Shown piece by piece: positions 42,147 through 52,500 of a stretch of 58,808 nucleotides of DNA. The notes below the pieces were generated by a model that searched no databases, had not been told where the DNA came from, and saw only the letters and a program-made list of their open reading frames with translations. Position 1 is the stretch's first letter. Each line of letters begins with the position of its first letter. Made by a program: the position numbers and the translations under genes. This DNA comes from Leptolyngbyaceae cyanobacterium (lineage in GTDB: Bacteria; Cyanobacteriota; Cyanobacteriia; Phormidesmidales; Phormidesmidaceae). Location: positions 1 through 58,808 of the forward strand of contig JBHJHA010000050.1 in NCBI GenBank assembly GCA_050331235.1. Direction: 5' to 3'.

Positions 42147-43544
42147 TTAGGACGAAATTGAGGCGTTATGGTTTTTGACTTCAGTTTCGCTAGCTTCTCG
42201 CAACGATAGTGGTTTGGCTGATAGAGAAATTCTGAGCCAACCGCCGCCCGTTTCAGGATGATTGAGCGCCTGCATAGTTCCCCCATGGGCTTCGGTGATT
42301 TGCTGGGCGATCGCCAGGCCTAAACCAGTGCCGTTATTGCTGGTTCCTGTTAAGTGTCCGTGGACATTACGCGATTTTGTCTGGGCTTTGCTATCGGCAA
42401 GTCGTGAACGAGAGGGGTCAGCTCGATAAAACCGATTGAAAATATAGGGCAAGTCACTTTCCCTAAAGCCACTGCCCTCATCGATGAAATCAATATGGAG
42501 TTTTTGAGGAAGAGCGGACGTGACTTCTGGGGCAATGGGCTCAAATCCCGCGCGGATGAATATGGTGCCTTCGCGTGGGCTGTACTTAATCGCATTGTCA
42601 ATGAGGTTAATAAAGACTCGATGCATCAAGGCTTCGTCAAGTTGCACAATCAAATCTGAGGTCCCTTCATAGGCAATTTGCACCTGCTTGATGTCAGCCA
42701 ATGGCTCCAAGCTTTGCCAAGCCGCCAAAATCAAGTGAGGTAATTCCACTGGTTTTAAGGTTAACCCAGTGCCGCCACTGCGCTCTAGACGGCTCAGGTT
42801 AAGAAGATCTTCTACCAAGTTACCTAACCGCAAAATTTCATTGAGCAGTCGATCAAGCCATTTTTGAGAAGTCGGATCGACTTTCTCCCTGAGTGTTTCA
42901 GCGACTAGGCGAATCGAAGTTAGCGGTGTTTTCAGCTCATGGGCTACATCTGAAGTCCAGCGATCGCGCTGCCGCATTAGCATTTCTGCCTCTTGGCGGT
43001 TCTCCAAAAAAATCCCAACGTGGTTGTTTTCTAAAGGGATGCCATATCCCCTGAGAGGATAGGCAACGCCCCCATCTGGATTGATCGGATCAGGTGTGAC
43101 AAGGTTTAATTCCCAATCGCGCTCACAAGGTTGACGGGCTGCACGGGTATTCTCAATTAGCTGGTCCAGCTCAAACGAACGCACAAGCTCTAACAGCAGT
43201 CGCGGTGTCGATAAAGTTGGGTTTTGAGTCTGGGCTGCTTCCGGAATGCCCAGCATGCCACCAGCTAAGGGATTGATCCAAGTGAGTTGGTTCTCGTCAT
43301 CAACTTCTAAATAGCCGATGGGTGCCCTTTGCAGCAGCGAGTAATCAGTCGTTATCAGGCCGCGGCTCTGCTGTTTGCCGGGCAGTTCCCATTTCAGGGC
43401 CTCAGCAGGCCCAAAATCATTTGAGTTCGATGGCTGATGGGCAGGGGTTGCACCAGTTTTGAAAACCGTTCCTTTTGCGAGCCAACCTAGCCCAAAGCCT
43501 GCGATCGCACTAGAAAAAAGGAATAGCCCTGTCATCGTAGTCAT
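42147..43544 (-). CDS. sphS: PhoR/SphS-like phosphate sensor histidine kinase
   Basis: N-terminal [19 protein letters not shown]-like region, [50 protein letters not shown] and GTGLGLAIA. Confidence 0.8.
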   Translation of the reverse strand: MTTMTGLFLFSSAIAGFGLGWLAKGTVFKTGATPAHQPSNSNDFGPAEALKWELPGKQQSRGLITTDYSLLQRAPIGYLEVDDENQLTWINPLAGGMLGIPEAAQTQNPTLSTPRLLLELVRSFELDQLIENTRAARQPCERDWELNLVTPDPINPDGGVAYPLRGYGIPLENNHVGIFLENRQEAEMLMRQRDRWTSDVAHELKTPLTSIRLVAETLREKVDPTSQKWLDRLLNEILRLGNLVEDLLNLSRLERSGGTGLTLKPVELPHLILAAWQSLEPLADIKQVQIAYEGTSDLIVQLDEALMHRVFINLIDNAIKYSPREGTIFIRAGFEPIAPEVTSALPQKLHIDFIDEGSGFRESDLPYIFNRFYRADPSRSRLADSKAQTKSRNVHGHLTGTSNNGTGLGLAIAQQITEAHGGTMQALNHPETGGGWLRISLSAKPLSLREASETEVKNHNASISS

Positions 43545-43644
43545 GGCTTTCGGGTGCTCCCCGTTACAGAGCCGCTGCCGGCCATAAGCAGCAGAACTGC
43601 AAGCTGATAAACAACACCACTCACCTTAGCAATAAATGGTTAAG

Positions 43645-43668
43645 AAAAAAGGCACCCGTAGGTGCCTC
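43645..43668 (-). terminator. Rho-independent terminator of the DUF4278 cassette
   Basis: Minus strand reads aggcacc-tacg-ggtgcct followed by a T run. Confidence 0.85.
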
Positions 43669-43725
43669 TTCATTTCCAGTAATTGCGCTTAAAACAGTTT
43701 GCGCTAAAGCTTTAAAGGTAATTGC

Positions 43726-43896
43726 TTACTTAACTTTTGCGCCACGATAAACCAAGCCATCAACCCGATTTGCGGTCTGGTCTTGGGCCACGCGTCGAGT
43801 TAGAGTCGCCCCGCGATACTGACCGATGACCTCTTCGACAAACTGAATCTGAGTATTAGGTGCGCTGTATTCTGCACCGCGATAACGTAAAGTCAT
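43726..43896 (-). CDS. DUF4278 small protein B (56 aa)
   Basis: MTLRYRGAEY...GQYRGA...LVYRGAKVK with three YRG motifs and a GGAGG RBS. The ORF track's longer start runs into the riboswitch. Confidence 0.9.
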   Translation of the reverse strand: MTLRYRGAEYSAPNTQIQFVEEVIGQYRGATLTRRVAQDQTANRVDGLVYRGAKVK

Positions 43897-43933
43897 TGGA
43901 TCCGCCTCCAGTAGTGAATAGTAGAGATATAGA

Positions 43934-44000
43934 GGCGCGTTCCTTCGGAGCATCAGCCCCTACTTCCGTTCAGACGGCATGACCAATCTGAATGAACGAT
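43934..44000 (-). promoter_or_regulatory. Glutamine riboswitch (glnA RNA motif, class I), copy B
   Basis: Minus strand reads AUCGUUCA-[UUCAGA..UCUGAA]-CGGAAGUA-[GGGGC UGAU GCUCC]-GAAGGAACGCGCC, matching the glnA-motif consensus. Confidence 0.92.
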
Positions 44001-44021
44001 TGACAGACAAAAACGGTCAAA

Positions 44022-44192
44022 TTAACGGACCTTTGCGCCACGGTAGGTTAAACCTTCAATGTGCTGGTCAGGGGCATTAGTTGCAACTCGACGAGTTACC
44101 GCTGCTCCGCGATATTGACCGATTACTTCTTCAAAGTAGTTGAAGTTTTTCTTGCGGGTTTCGTATTCCGCACCACGATAACGTAAGCTCAT
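44022..44192 (-). CDS. DUF4278 small protein A (56 aa)
   Basis: MSLRYRGAEY...GQYRGA...LTYRGAKVR with a GGAGG RBS. Paralog of 43726-43896. Confidence 0.9.
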   Translation of the reverse strand: MSLRYRGAEYETRKKNFNYFEEVIGQYRGAAVTRRVATNAPDQHIEGLTYRGAKVR

Positions 44193-44239
44193 ATTTCGCC
44201 TCCAATTGACAACAAGGATGTTGATCGTGTAGTGAAAGA

Positions 44240-44306
44240 GGCGCGTTCCTTCAGAGCAATAACTCTTACTTCCGTCCTTTCCAGATTGTCTGGTCGGATG
44301 AACGAT
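44240..44306 (-). promoter_or_regulatory. Glutamine riboswitch (glnA RNA motif, class I), copy A
   Basis: Minus strand reads AUCGUUCA-[UCC..CCAGA CAA UCUGG..GGA]-CGGAAGUA-[AGAG..CUCU]-GAAGGAACGCGCC. Confidence 0.92.
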
Positions 44307-44315
44307 TTGCTTTCT

Positions 44316-44351
44316 GTATTCAATAATACGGTTTTCTCCTGGGATTGTCAA
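44316..44351 (-). promoter_or_regulatory. Sigma70-type promoter with an NtcA box overlapping the -10 element
   Basis: Minus strand TTGACA (44351-44346), 17-nt spacer, TATTAT (44328-44323). GTA-N8-TAC (GTAttattgaaTAC) spans 44316-44329. Confidence 0.8.
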
Positions 44352-44488
44352 GTGCCGTCCAGCTTTTCTGGACGGGATGGCTCGACCGCTAGTGGTGAGT
44401 TCTTCGCTATAGCTGAACTGCTCGGGTCTGCCACTCGTGTTGTGATCGCTCCTGTGAGAGGCTGAGCAAAGCTGACCGGGCCACAGAT

Positions 44489-46318
44489 CTAGCGCTTGCC
44501 ACAGAGAAAGTGGATATATAGATAGCCTCCTTTATTGCCCTGGGGCATATTATCGGCCAGCTTACAAGTATTTGGCTTTGCCGTGATCAACGGATCGGCT
44601 GGGTCAATTTCCGAGCGAATCACCCAGAGGTCGACCGATGTCTCAAGTTGCTTCACCATCTGGGCAAAGCTTTCGGCGACCGGCTTCTCAACATCGTATC
44701 CCTGTTGAATAGCGAAAAATTTAGGCGGCGTTTGCCAGCTACTAGCGGCATCAGCGGGATGAAAATTGCGATCGATTTCCCACCCGAGACTGAGAAATTT
44801 GGCCCCAATGACCGTTGGCTGGGCAAAGATTCTTTCCGTTGAAGCGATGACGATGGGCTGGGTCGAATGGGTCTGGATGAAAGGAACAAAGCGGTCTGGC
44901 GCGTAATATTTGGGAAAGGCTAAATTATGCACAATCATCAGGGCACTCAGCAGCCCTACGAACCAGGTGAGCTGTACAAACCGACGGCCAGATAGTCGCC
45001 ATTGCCGGATTGGTAGGCGGATGCTGGCTGGGCTTTGGGGCGAGTTGCCGCGCCAGTAATGGGCGAAAACACCGCCTGCTAGAACCATGACAGCTGGATA
45101 ATAGCTAAACATGTAGCGTAATCCGCGGGTGATATCGGACCCTTGGACATAGCATATCAGGGCAAAAAGAGCCAGCATCGCGACCCAGAAGCCGCCGACA
45201 ATGATGATGCCGGTATGGCCTTCTGGTTCTTGATTGAGGCGTTTTGCCCCACGCCACATTGCCGGCACAAAAACTGTGATGAACAGTAGCGTCGATAGGA
45301 TGGTGAAGCCGATCAGAATAAAATGGATTGGCTTTTGGGCAAAAAAGTTGGCCGGTGTGATGAAACTCGTGATGACCGCTGCAAAAGACTGAGCAACGGG
45401 ATTGATCCACTTCATCAAAGAGGCGTTTTCTTCCCTGAGGAATGTAGTTTGAGGGCTGCCATAAAAGTTCAGCAGTACTGGCAGCCATACGAGAATACTG
45501 AGGGCAGTGGCGATCGCTACTCCGTAGATCGGCCACCAGTAGGTTCGTCTCAGGATGGCAAGACCTTGCTGCCTAGCCTGGCGAGCGGCGATCGCGGCCA
45601 AGACAATTCCCTGGGCTATGAAGGTAAGGGCTGAAAAATAGTGATTGGCAAATGCCAATGCGTTAATCGTTGCCCAAGCGAGACTGACTAACCAATTTGA
45701 CTGCTGACCCACTAGCACCGCTCGGGTCACCGTAGCAAAGCAGGCGAGCGATAAGCTGACCATAGTAATGGCTAGCCCGTAATGCCGTGCCTCCTGGGAG
45801 AGAAAAATGCTAAAGGGCGATACGGCTAAAAAAGCAGCGCTCAGGACCCCGGCCAAGGGAGAGCGAAACGTACTTTTAGCTGCCCAAAAAATTGCTGGAA
45901 TTGAGAGCGATCCCCAAAAGGCAGAAAAGGCTCTAGATTTAGCCAAAGAGGCCGTTGCCCCACTGCTGGAAAACAAATCCATCCAGGGGTGGGCCAGCAT
46001 GAAGTAAAGCGGCGGATGATTGTTTTCCTGGAGCAGGTATCGGGCTGAGTCCCAAGGTGTGTTAGCGGCGTTTGTCGTGATGGGTGCGAGTAGTGCCTCT
46101 AGATCCACAATTTGATTGACCGGCAACAAATAGCTGCTGTTGCCCAAACTAAAAATGACGGTACTGACCTCATCCATCCATGCAGTTTTGAGATCCAGTC
46201 GGGTCATTCTCAAAGCTAAGCCCAGCAGCCAAAATATAAGGACCCAAACCCCTGCATTTTGCAGTTTTTGGGATGAAATGGACTGCAACTGTTTAGGGAG
46301 ACGCAACACTGAGCTCAA
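44489..46318 (-). CDS. GT-C fold membrane glycosyltransferase (GT39/PMT-like)
   Basis: WMDEV catalytic loop, NHPPLYF, SQEARHY and many TM helices. Confidence 0.88.
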   Translation of the reverse strand: MSSVLRLPKQLQSISSQKLQNAGVWVLIFWLLGLALRMTRLDLKTAWMDEVSTVIFSLGNSSYLLPVNQIVDLEALLAPITTNAANTPWDSARYLLQENNHPPLYFMLAHPWMDLFSSSGATASLAKSRAFSAFWGSLSIPAIFWAAKSTFRSPLAGVLSAAFLAVSPFSIFLSQEARHYGLAITMVSLSLACFATVTRAVLVGQQSNWLVSLAWATINALAFANHYFSALTFIAQGIVLAAIAARQARQQGLAILRRTYWWPIYGVAIATALSILVWLPVLLNFYGSPQTTFLREENASLMKWINPVAQSFAAVITSFITPANFFAQKPIHFILIGFTILSTLLFITVFVPAMWRGAKRLNQEPEGHTGIIIVGGFWVAMLALFALICYVQGSDITRGLRYMFSYYPAVMVLAGGVFAHYWRGNSPQSPASIRLPIRQWRLSGRRFVQLTWFVGLLSALMIVHNLAFPKYYAPDRFVPFIQTHSTQPIVIASTERIFAQPTVIGAKFLSLGWEIDRNFHPADAASSWQTPPKFFAIQQGYDVEKPVAESFAQMVKQLETSVDLWVIRSEIDPADPLITAKPNTCKLADNMPQGNKGGYLYIHFLCGKR

Positions 46319-46583
46319 AGCCGATGTCCTCTCTGGAAAACTAAATGAATTGTTAAATCATCATAGTAACTGCAAAGAGACGTAGGTTTTTTGTCAGGGC
46401 GCTGGGGCCGCTGACATCAATGTTGTCGCTGATTTAGAAGTCCAGACTTAGTGACGTGGCTGCCATCGGCAGAATTCTGCTTGGTCGAAATTAATTAGAT
46501 TAAGCTAGGGTTAAGCCTGGAAGATGATTTGACGAGAAACTGCGTTTGTCTTATGGGCAAGCCGTTCTCTTTTTAGGAGAAGT

Positions 46584-47687
46584 TTGACAATGAAAACAGC
46601 GGCAAAGGAAACGGTTGGCGGATTAGTAGCAGAAACTTTTGAGGACTGTCTGCGCCAGGTGGCGAAGTACGAAAAGACGGTGCGTAAGCGGCAAGATCCT
46701 GTGAGCTTGCACCAGATGCGAGTACAGCTGCGGCGATTGAGAACGGCGATGCAGGTGTTTGCGCCTAACGTGCAGCTGCCCCAGGGGGGAAGCGAGCGGC
46801 AGGTTGCCAAAGTTGCTCGGCAGTTGGGTAAGCTGCGTGATTTAGATGTGATTAAGACTACTCTAAGAGACCAATACGCGCCTGATTTGCCCGATGAAGA
46901 GCGCCTCAAGCTAGAGATGGCGGTGGAAAAGCTGGGGAAGCGACAGAGAAAGGTGCATAAAGGGGTCAAACAAGAACTGAAAGGTGATCGCTACCGCCAG
47001 CTCAAATCGAGACTAGCGCAATGGACTACGACACCTGATTGCAATGCTACGGCGCAGCTGAGTCTCGAGATGGTGCTACCCGATTTGCTATTGCCGCTGC
47101 TCAGTCGACTCTGGCTACATCCGGGATGGCTGCTTGGGACAAAGGTGACGCGGGGGGCCTTTAAACCCGACTCGCAGATTAAGGCTGAGGCCATAGATGC
47201 CACTGTGCTTGAAAATGACGAAACTTTGCATAGCTTAAGAAAGCAAATCAAACGGGTACGCTATCAGCTCAAGCTGGTTTCCGGCTATTACGGCGATCGC
47301 CTGACGGCGGATTTAACTCGATTTGTAGAGCTGCAAGATATTCTCGGTGCTTTGCAAGATGGTCTCCTAATAGAGGAGTTTTTGGCCACTAATGTGCCCA
47401 ACTGGCAAACGACCATGCCAACGATGAAATCACTGCTGTGCGATCGTCGATATCGAGCTTGGCAGCAGTGGCAAACGCATCAGCAATACTTTCTCAACCC
47501 TAAGAACCGCACATCCCTGCATGAGACCTTGCTGTACCCAACCGGGGCGTCAACACCCAAGCAATCTACTAAAACTGCTAAAGCCAACAGCAAATCCAAA
47601 GCGTCTACTAAAGCGACCTCGACTCAAAGAAAATCTCGCTCAGCAGCTAAATCTAAGGACGCTGAACCACCCAGGGATCGCGGTTAA
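46584..47687 (+). CDS. CHAD domain protein (polyphosphate-binding fold) with basic low-complexity tail
   Basis: LHQMRVQLRRLR, LG.LRDLDV, LHSLRKQIKRVRY and LQDILGALQD motifs. Confidence 0.92.
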   Translation: MTMKTAAKETVGGLVAETFEDCLRQVAKYEKTVRKRQDPVSLHQMRVQLRRLRTAMQVFAPNVQLPQGGSERQVAKVARQLGKLRDLDVIKTTLRDQYAPDLPDEERLKLEMAVEKLGKRQRKVHKGVKQELKGDRYRQLKSRLAQWTTTPDCNATAQLSLEMVLPDLLLPLLSRLWLHPGWLLGTKVTRGAFKPDSQIKAEAIDATVLENDETLHSLRKQIKRVRYQLKLVSGYYGDRLTADLTRFVELQDILGALQDGLLIEEFLATNVPNWQTTMPTMKSLLCDRRYRAWQQWQTHQQYFLNPKNRTSLHETLLYPTGASTPKQSTKTAKANSKSKASTKATSTQRKSRSAAKSKDAEPPRDRG

Positions 47688-47981
47688 TATGGGCTGCAAA
47701 GTCGCAACCCTTGGCTGGGAAGTCGCGATCTGCGACTACAGCAGGAGGCAATATATCTCGAAGGGTAGGGGGTTTGTGAGTCGAAATTTCATAGCTTGAA
47801 GTGAGAACGTTACCGGCTGGCCTCCTGAAATCTCTTGAGATTGTAGAAACGCGAGCGCAGCTGTTTGCCGGAGGAACCGGAAGAGCTGCGCTCGACGGCG
47901 AACTCGCTTCGGCATATTGTCTGGATAGGGAGCTGAGGAAGCCAACGCAACGGATTGTAGACGAACCACCCTTTACCCACC

Positions 47982-48380
47982 ATGACAAATCAGCAGATTC
48001 CTGGCCATCCTTATCAAAATCGCGACCAATACGATCAGGACCTGAATCCTAATCCTACCGCTGGCTTTAATGTGGGCCAAGAAGGGGAAAAGCCGGGTCG
48101 GTTTGAACGAACGGCTGCTGATATTGAGCAATTGCGATCGCAGCTCACTGGCTGGTCTGAGGCAGATTTGCAACGCATTCCGGTGTTAAAGTCGGGTGCG
48201 CGGCTGGAGCAAGGGGCGACGTATGTCAATCTCCAAGATGCTACCCGGCAGGCATACACTGGCATGGCCAATGACTCGGTCGCAGCAGATGACTACATCG
48301 TGCCCAAAGCAGAAGTTGCCTATGACCTGTGGAACCGCTTGGTTGATACGAGTGAGACTAGTCGCTCAACTAGTCATTAG
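47982..48380 (+). CDS. Conserved hypothetical protein (132 aa)
   Basis: Protein-like ORF (IPVLKSGARLEQGATYVNL...VPKAEVAYDLWNRL) co-oriented with the downstream transporter. Confidence 0.75.
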   Translation: MTNQQIPGHPYQNRDQYDQDLNPNPTAGFNVGQEGEKPGRFERTAADIEQLRSQLTGWSEADLQRIPVLKSGARLEQGATYVNLQDATRQAYTGMANDSVAADDYIVPKAEVAYDLWNRLVDTSETSRSTSH

Positions 48381-48442
48381 CACCTTGATGGGGTGTTGGA
48401 GCAGACCTAGCTCTAGACACCGGAGAGTTGACTTTTTTCCTT

Positions 48443-49492
48443 ATGCCCATTGACCGCACTCAGCTAACTCAAGCCCAAAGCAAACTGATTCCAGTTTCGC
48501 TAATGATTATGGCCGTGATTTTGATGGTTCGGGCGTTACAACTTACTCGTCCGTTCACCATGCCCTTAGCTTTTGCTTTCTTTATTGCGGTACTGGTTAA
48601 CCCCTTGCAGCGCTGGCTAGATCAACGGTTACCGCGCTGGCTGAGTTTGATCATTGTGCTGCTCTTGCTAGGGAGCATCTTGGCACTTTTTGCTGGGGTC
48701 ATTGAGCTGAGTCTCGAACTGATTGAACCGCAAGTGCCGCAATATATAGAGCAGGCTCAACAGCTAGCGCAGACGGTGCAGACTTGGCTCCGCAATCACG
48801 GTTTACCCACCGGACAAAATGGGGAAAGCAACGGTGCTCTTTCGCAAGTGTTTCAGCAGGCACTTGGCAGTGCCAGGATGGCCTTAGGGGTTGTTAGCGC
48901 ATTCGTCATGATTGCCTCCTTCTTATCTCTGCTGCTGCTAGAGGTCGCTCAATATCGAGATCGCACCTTGCAGGCATTTCCTGGCGACACCGGCGAGCGA
49001 ATTATCAATGCCGTGTCTCAGATGGGTACGAAGTTACGACGTTACTTTTTGGTCGTGGCTTTTACCAGTCTATTGACGGGGATTTTCACCGGGGCTTGGT
49101 GCTTGATGGTGGGTGTTGAGCTGGCATTTGTCTGGGCTTTGCTGGCGTTTATTTTGAACTTTATTCCAACCCTCGGGTCTTTGGTCGCAGCGGTTGTACC
49201 TGCCATCGTGGCAACGCTGTTCCAAGGTCCGGTGACAGGTATCATTACTCTGCTCGGGCTTGGGGTCATCCAAACGATTCTCGGAAATTTTGTTGATCCC
49301 AAGCTTCAGGGTAAGTATTTGCAGCTCTCGCCCTTCATATCGCTGTTGTCGATTGTGTTTTGGGGGTGGGTCTGGGGGATCCCTGGCGCGTTTATCGGGG
49401 TGCCCATGACTGCCGCGATCGCCCTCCTGGCTAACGAATTCAAGGCCGGGCGACCCATCGCCATTATGCTGGGATATGTGGATGTTTCTTGA
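48443..49492 (+). CDS. AI-2E family transporter
   Basis: PLAFAFFIAVLVNPL, AFILNFIPTLGS, GNFVDPKLQGK.L.LSP and FWGWVWGIPGAFIGVP motifs. Confidence 0.93.
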   Translation: MPIDRTQLTQAQSKLIPVSLMIMAVILMVRALQLTRPFTMPLAFAFFIAVLVNPLQRWLDQRLPRWLSLIIVLLLLGSILALFAGVIELSLELIEPQVPQYIEQAQQLAQTVQTWLRNHGLPTGQNGESNGALSQVFQQALGSARMALGVVSAFVMIASFLSLLLLEVAQYRDRTLQAFPGDTGERIINAVSQMGTKLRRYFLVVAFTSLLTGIFTGAWCLMVGVELAFVWALLAFILNFIPTLGSLVAAVVPAIVATLFQGPVTGIITLLGLGVIQTILGNFVDPKLQGKYLQLSPFISLLSIVFWGWVWGIPGAFIGVPMTAAIALLANEFKAGRPIAIMLGYVDVS

Positions 49493-49530
49493 TCGACCAT
49501 AGACGGCTGTATTTCCAAAAGCCTAAGAGC

Positions 49531-52500
49531 CTAGAGCAGGCTACAGCAGCGTTCAAAATAGTTGCGAGCAACTTTGTCACCGGGACAAATTTCTAGACAG
49601 AGCTGAAACCGCTGCCGTGATTCCTCAAACCGCTCTTGGTAGAAAAAGGCCAACCCCGTTTCAAACAAGGTACGGCTTTTGAGTTTGCCCTCGCGAATTT
49701 CTGTGGGATCTGGATCAAAGACTTCATAAACGCTCACATGGGCAACTTTCCCCTTGACCTGTACCCGATCAATCACTCGCATTGCATAGGCGTTGGAATC
49801 GCTCAGTTCCAAAAAGGTATGGTTGGAAATCAGCAGATTGGCACTGTAAATGCGGGTCATGCGCTCGATACGAGAAGCTACATTCACTGTGTCGCTGATA
49901 GCGGTGCTATCCATCCGATTTTGGCCACCGACGGTTCCTAGCATGACGGCACCGGTATTGATGCCAATGCCAAATTCGATGATAGATTTTCCATACTGAA
50001 TGCGCTGCCGGTTATAGACGGCTAATCGCTTGAGCATGTCGATACTTGCCTGTAGCGCATCATCAGCCCCCCGGCTAAAGAGGGCCATAATGGCATCGCC
50101 AATATACTTGTCTACAAAGCCATTATTTTCGGCGATTGCGGGCTCCATCCTGGATAAAAAGGCATTGAGGAATTTGAAGTTTTCCTCTGGGGTCATCTGC
50201 TCTGAGAGACTAGTGAAATCACGAATGTCGCCAAATAACACCGACATTTGCCGTTTTACCTGGTGGCCCAGCTCGACCTCGACGATACTTTCCTTGTTGA
50301 GAAACTGAAGAAACTGACGAGGGACAAAACGACCATAGGCTTGGTTGATTTTTGAGAGATAGAGATGGGTTTTTAGCCTGGCTAGTAATTCACTCTTGGA
50401 AATAGGTTTAGTGAAGTAGTCATTAGCCCCGGCAGACAGGCCCATCACCAAGTCGCCTACCTGATTTTTGGCCGTTAACATCATGATGGGCAACGCATGG
50501 GCTGGATATTGCTCACGGAGTTTGCGGCAGACTTCAAAGCCGGTCATCTGCGGCATCATAATGTCGAGCAAAACGGCATCGGGGCGCAGCCCTTCCTCCA
50601 GTAGCGATAGGGCTTCGGGACCACTGGCTGCGGAGACGACCCGATAGTTTTTGACTGCCAAATGATTCCGAATGACTTGCCGATTAATCGGTTCATCATC
50701 GACCACTAAAATGAGGAACTGACTGCGAGCTAAAACTGCATCTGCCCGGTCATAGCTGGAAAAATTACTGTCAAGGTCAGATTCTGCCGACGATTCTCCG
50801 GCGGGTGCTTCAGTCGAGAGGACTCGATTGATAGGGTCAGCAAAGTTACTGATTTTGTTGAGGGGCGCTGCTGTAGGCGGCGACTCGCTGCGCCAGACTG
50901 CTTGGGTGGTAATGGGCAACGTAAAGGTGAATTGGGAGCCGACACCCACCGCAGACAGCACTTGAAAGGTGCCTCCGTGCAGCTCAACCAATTTTTTTGA
51001 GACGGCTAACCCAATGCCCATACCACCGTAGACTCGAGCGGTGGAACCATCGGCTTGCTCAAAGGGCTCAAAGATCCGTTCTAGCTTGTCTTCAGGGATG
51101 CCGATGCCAGTATCTGACACCGTTACAGCCAGATAGTACGTGGCTGTGGTCGAAGGGGGCGGCGTTCCCTCGATCGCTAGTGGCTGAATGGTAGGGCCAG
51201 GCGCGACTGCGATCGCCCCACCCGGGTCTGCTGAATTTTGAGAAATTTTCTGCACAGTCTCAGTGACTGGTGCTTGCTTTCGCCGTTCCTTGCCGGCAGC
51301 GGATGCCCGTTGTGATTGAAATATCAGAGGTAATGAAGGCTGCAGACTCTCAGCCTCCCCTGCCGGTTGTCGAATGATTTGTGCTGAGATGCCCACCATC
51401 CCGTACTGGGTAAACTTCACTGCATTGCCGACAAGGTTGTGCAGTATTTGCTGCAAGCGATTTTCATCGGCTAGCACTGGGGGCAGCTTGGGAGAGACGG
51501 CGTTGATCAGCTGCACCTTTTTCTCCCGGGCTAAGGGCCGACTCAGGGTCAGGACGACTTCAGCTGCCTCGCGCACCCCGACCGGACGGAGGTTAATATC
51601 AACTCGATTTTGCTGTAGCTGAGAAAAATCGAGAATATCGTCTACCAGAGAAGACAATCGTCGGCCGCTAGCTGCAATCATGGCGAGGTTGCCCTTGGTC
51701 TGTCGAGTTTGTGGACCGCTGGCCCCGTCAATCAAAGATTCCGCTAGCCCGATAATTCCATTGAGGGGAGTTCTCAGCTCATGGGACGTGTTAGCCAAAA
51801 ATTCATCTTTGAGCTTAGCGAGCCGCTGGAGCTCTTGGTTATGCCCCTCGAGCTGCTCAAAGGACTGTTGGAGCTGTTTGGCCATGCGCTCAAACGAGTT
51901 AGACAGCTCAGCTAATTCGCTAAATCGACCGTCGGGCAATGGATGATCCCAGGTGCCCACCGCTAACCTTTTGGACGCTTCGCTAAGGCGATGGATAGGC
52001 TGAGCAATCCAACGGGCAGTAATGCCAGCAATCAAGCTAGCCACGATTAAAGACAGCAGACAAAGAAGCAGGGTGTTGCGAGTATTTTTGACAATTTGTC
52101 CTTTGAAATCGGCATCTGGAATCACGGTCACGATTAGCCAATCCAGTCCTCGCCCATCTCGGAAAGGCACGATTTGTACCAGCTGGGCTTTACCCTCTAG
52201 TTTGTAAGTGAACTGCTCAGCGGTGCTGATCTGTTCCAGACTGCCGAATTTTTCAATCAAATATTGAGCCGTCTCGCGAATCACGGGCTGACGACTGGCG
52301 GTGGCGCGTAAGCGGGTCTGCTCGCCACTGGCGAGCGTCATGAAAGGCAATTCCTCAGCTGAGGTGGCGACGATATCACCAGTGCGCTCAATAATGAAGG
52401 CTTGGCCATTAGGGCTAATATTAAGCGTCCGGAGATAGCTGCTGATTTGTTCTAGGGTCAGATCAAGGGCTAAGACTCCGCGCAGCTTGCCGCGATCGCT

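Noticed and set aside
43637..43644. Possible Pho box (CTTAACCA, minus strand) upstream of sphS
   Set aside because: Only one half-site is present. SphR boxes need tandem repeats with 11-bp periodicity.
43897..44351. Long N-terminal extensions of the two DUF4278 ORFs (75 aa and 109 aa) in the ORF track
   Set aside because: The extensions run through the riboswitches and the promoter. The real starts follow GGAGG at 43896 and 44192 and give two equal 56-aa paralogs.
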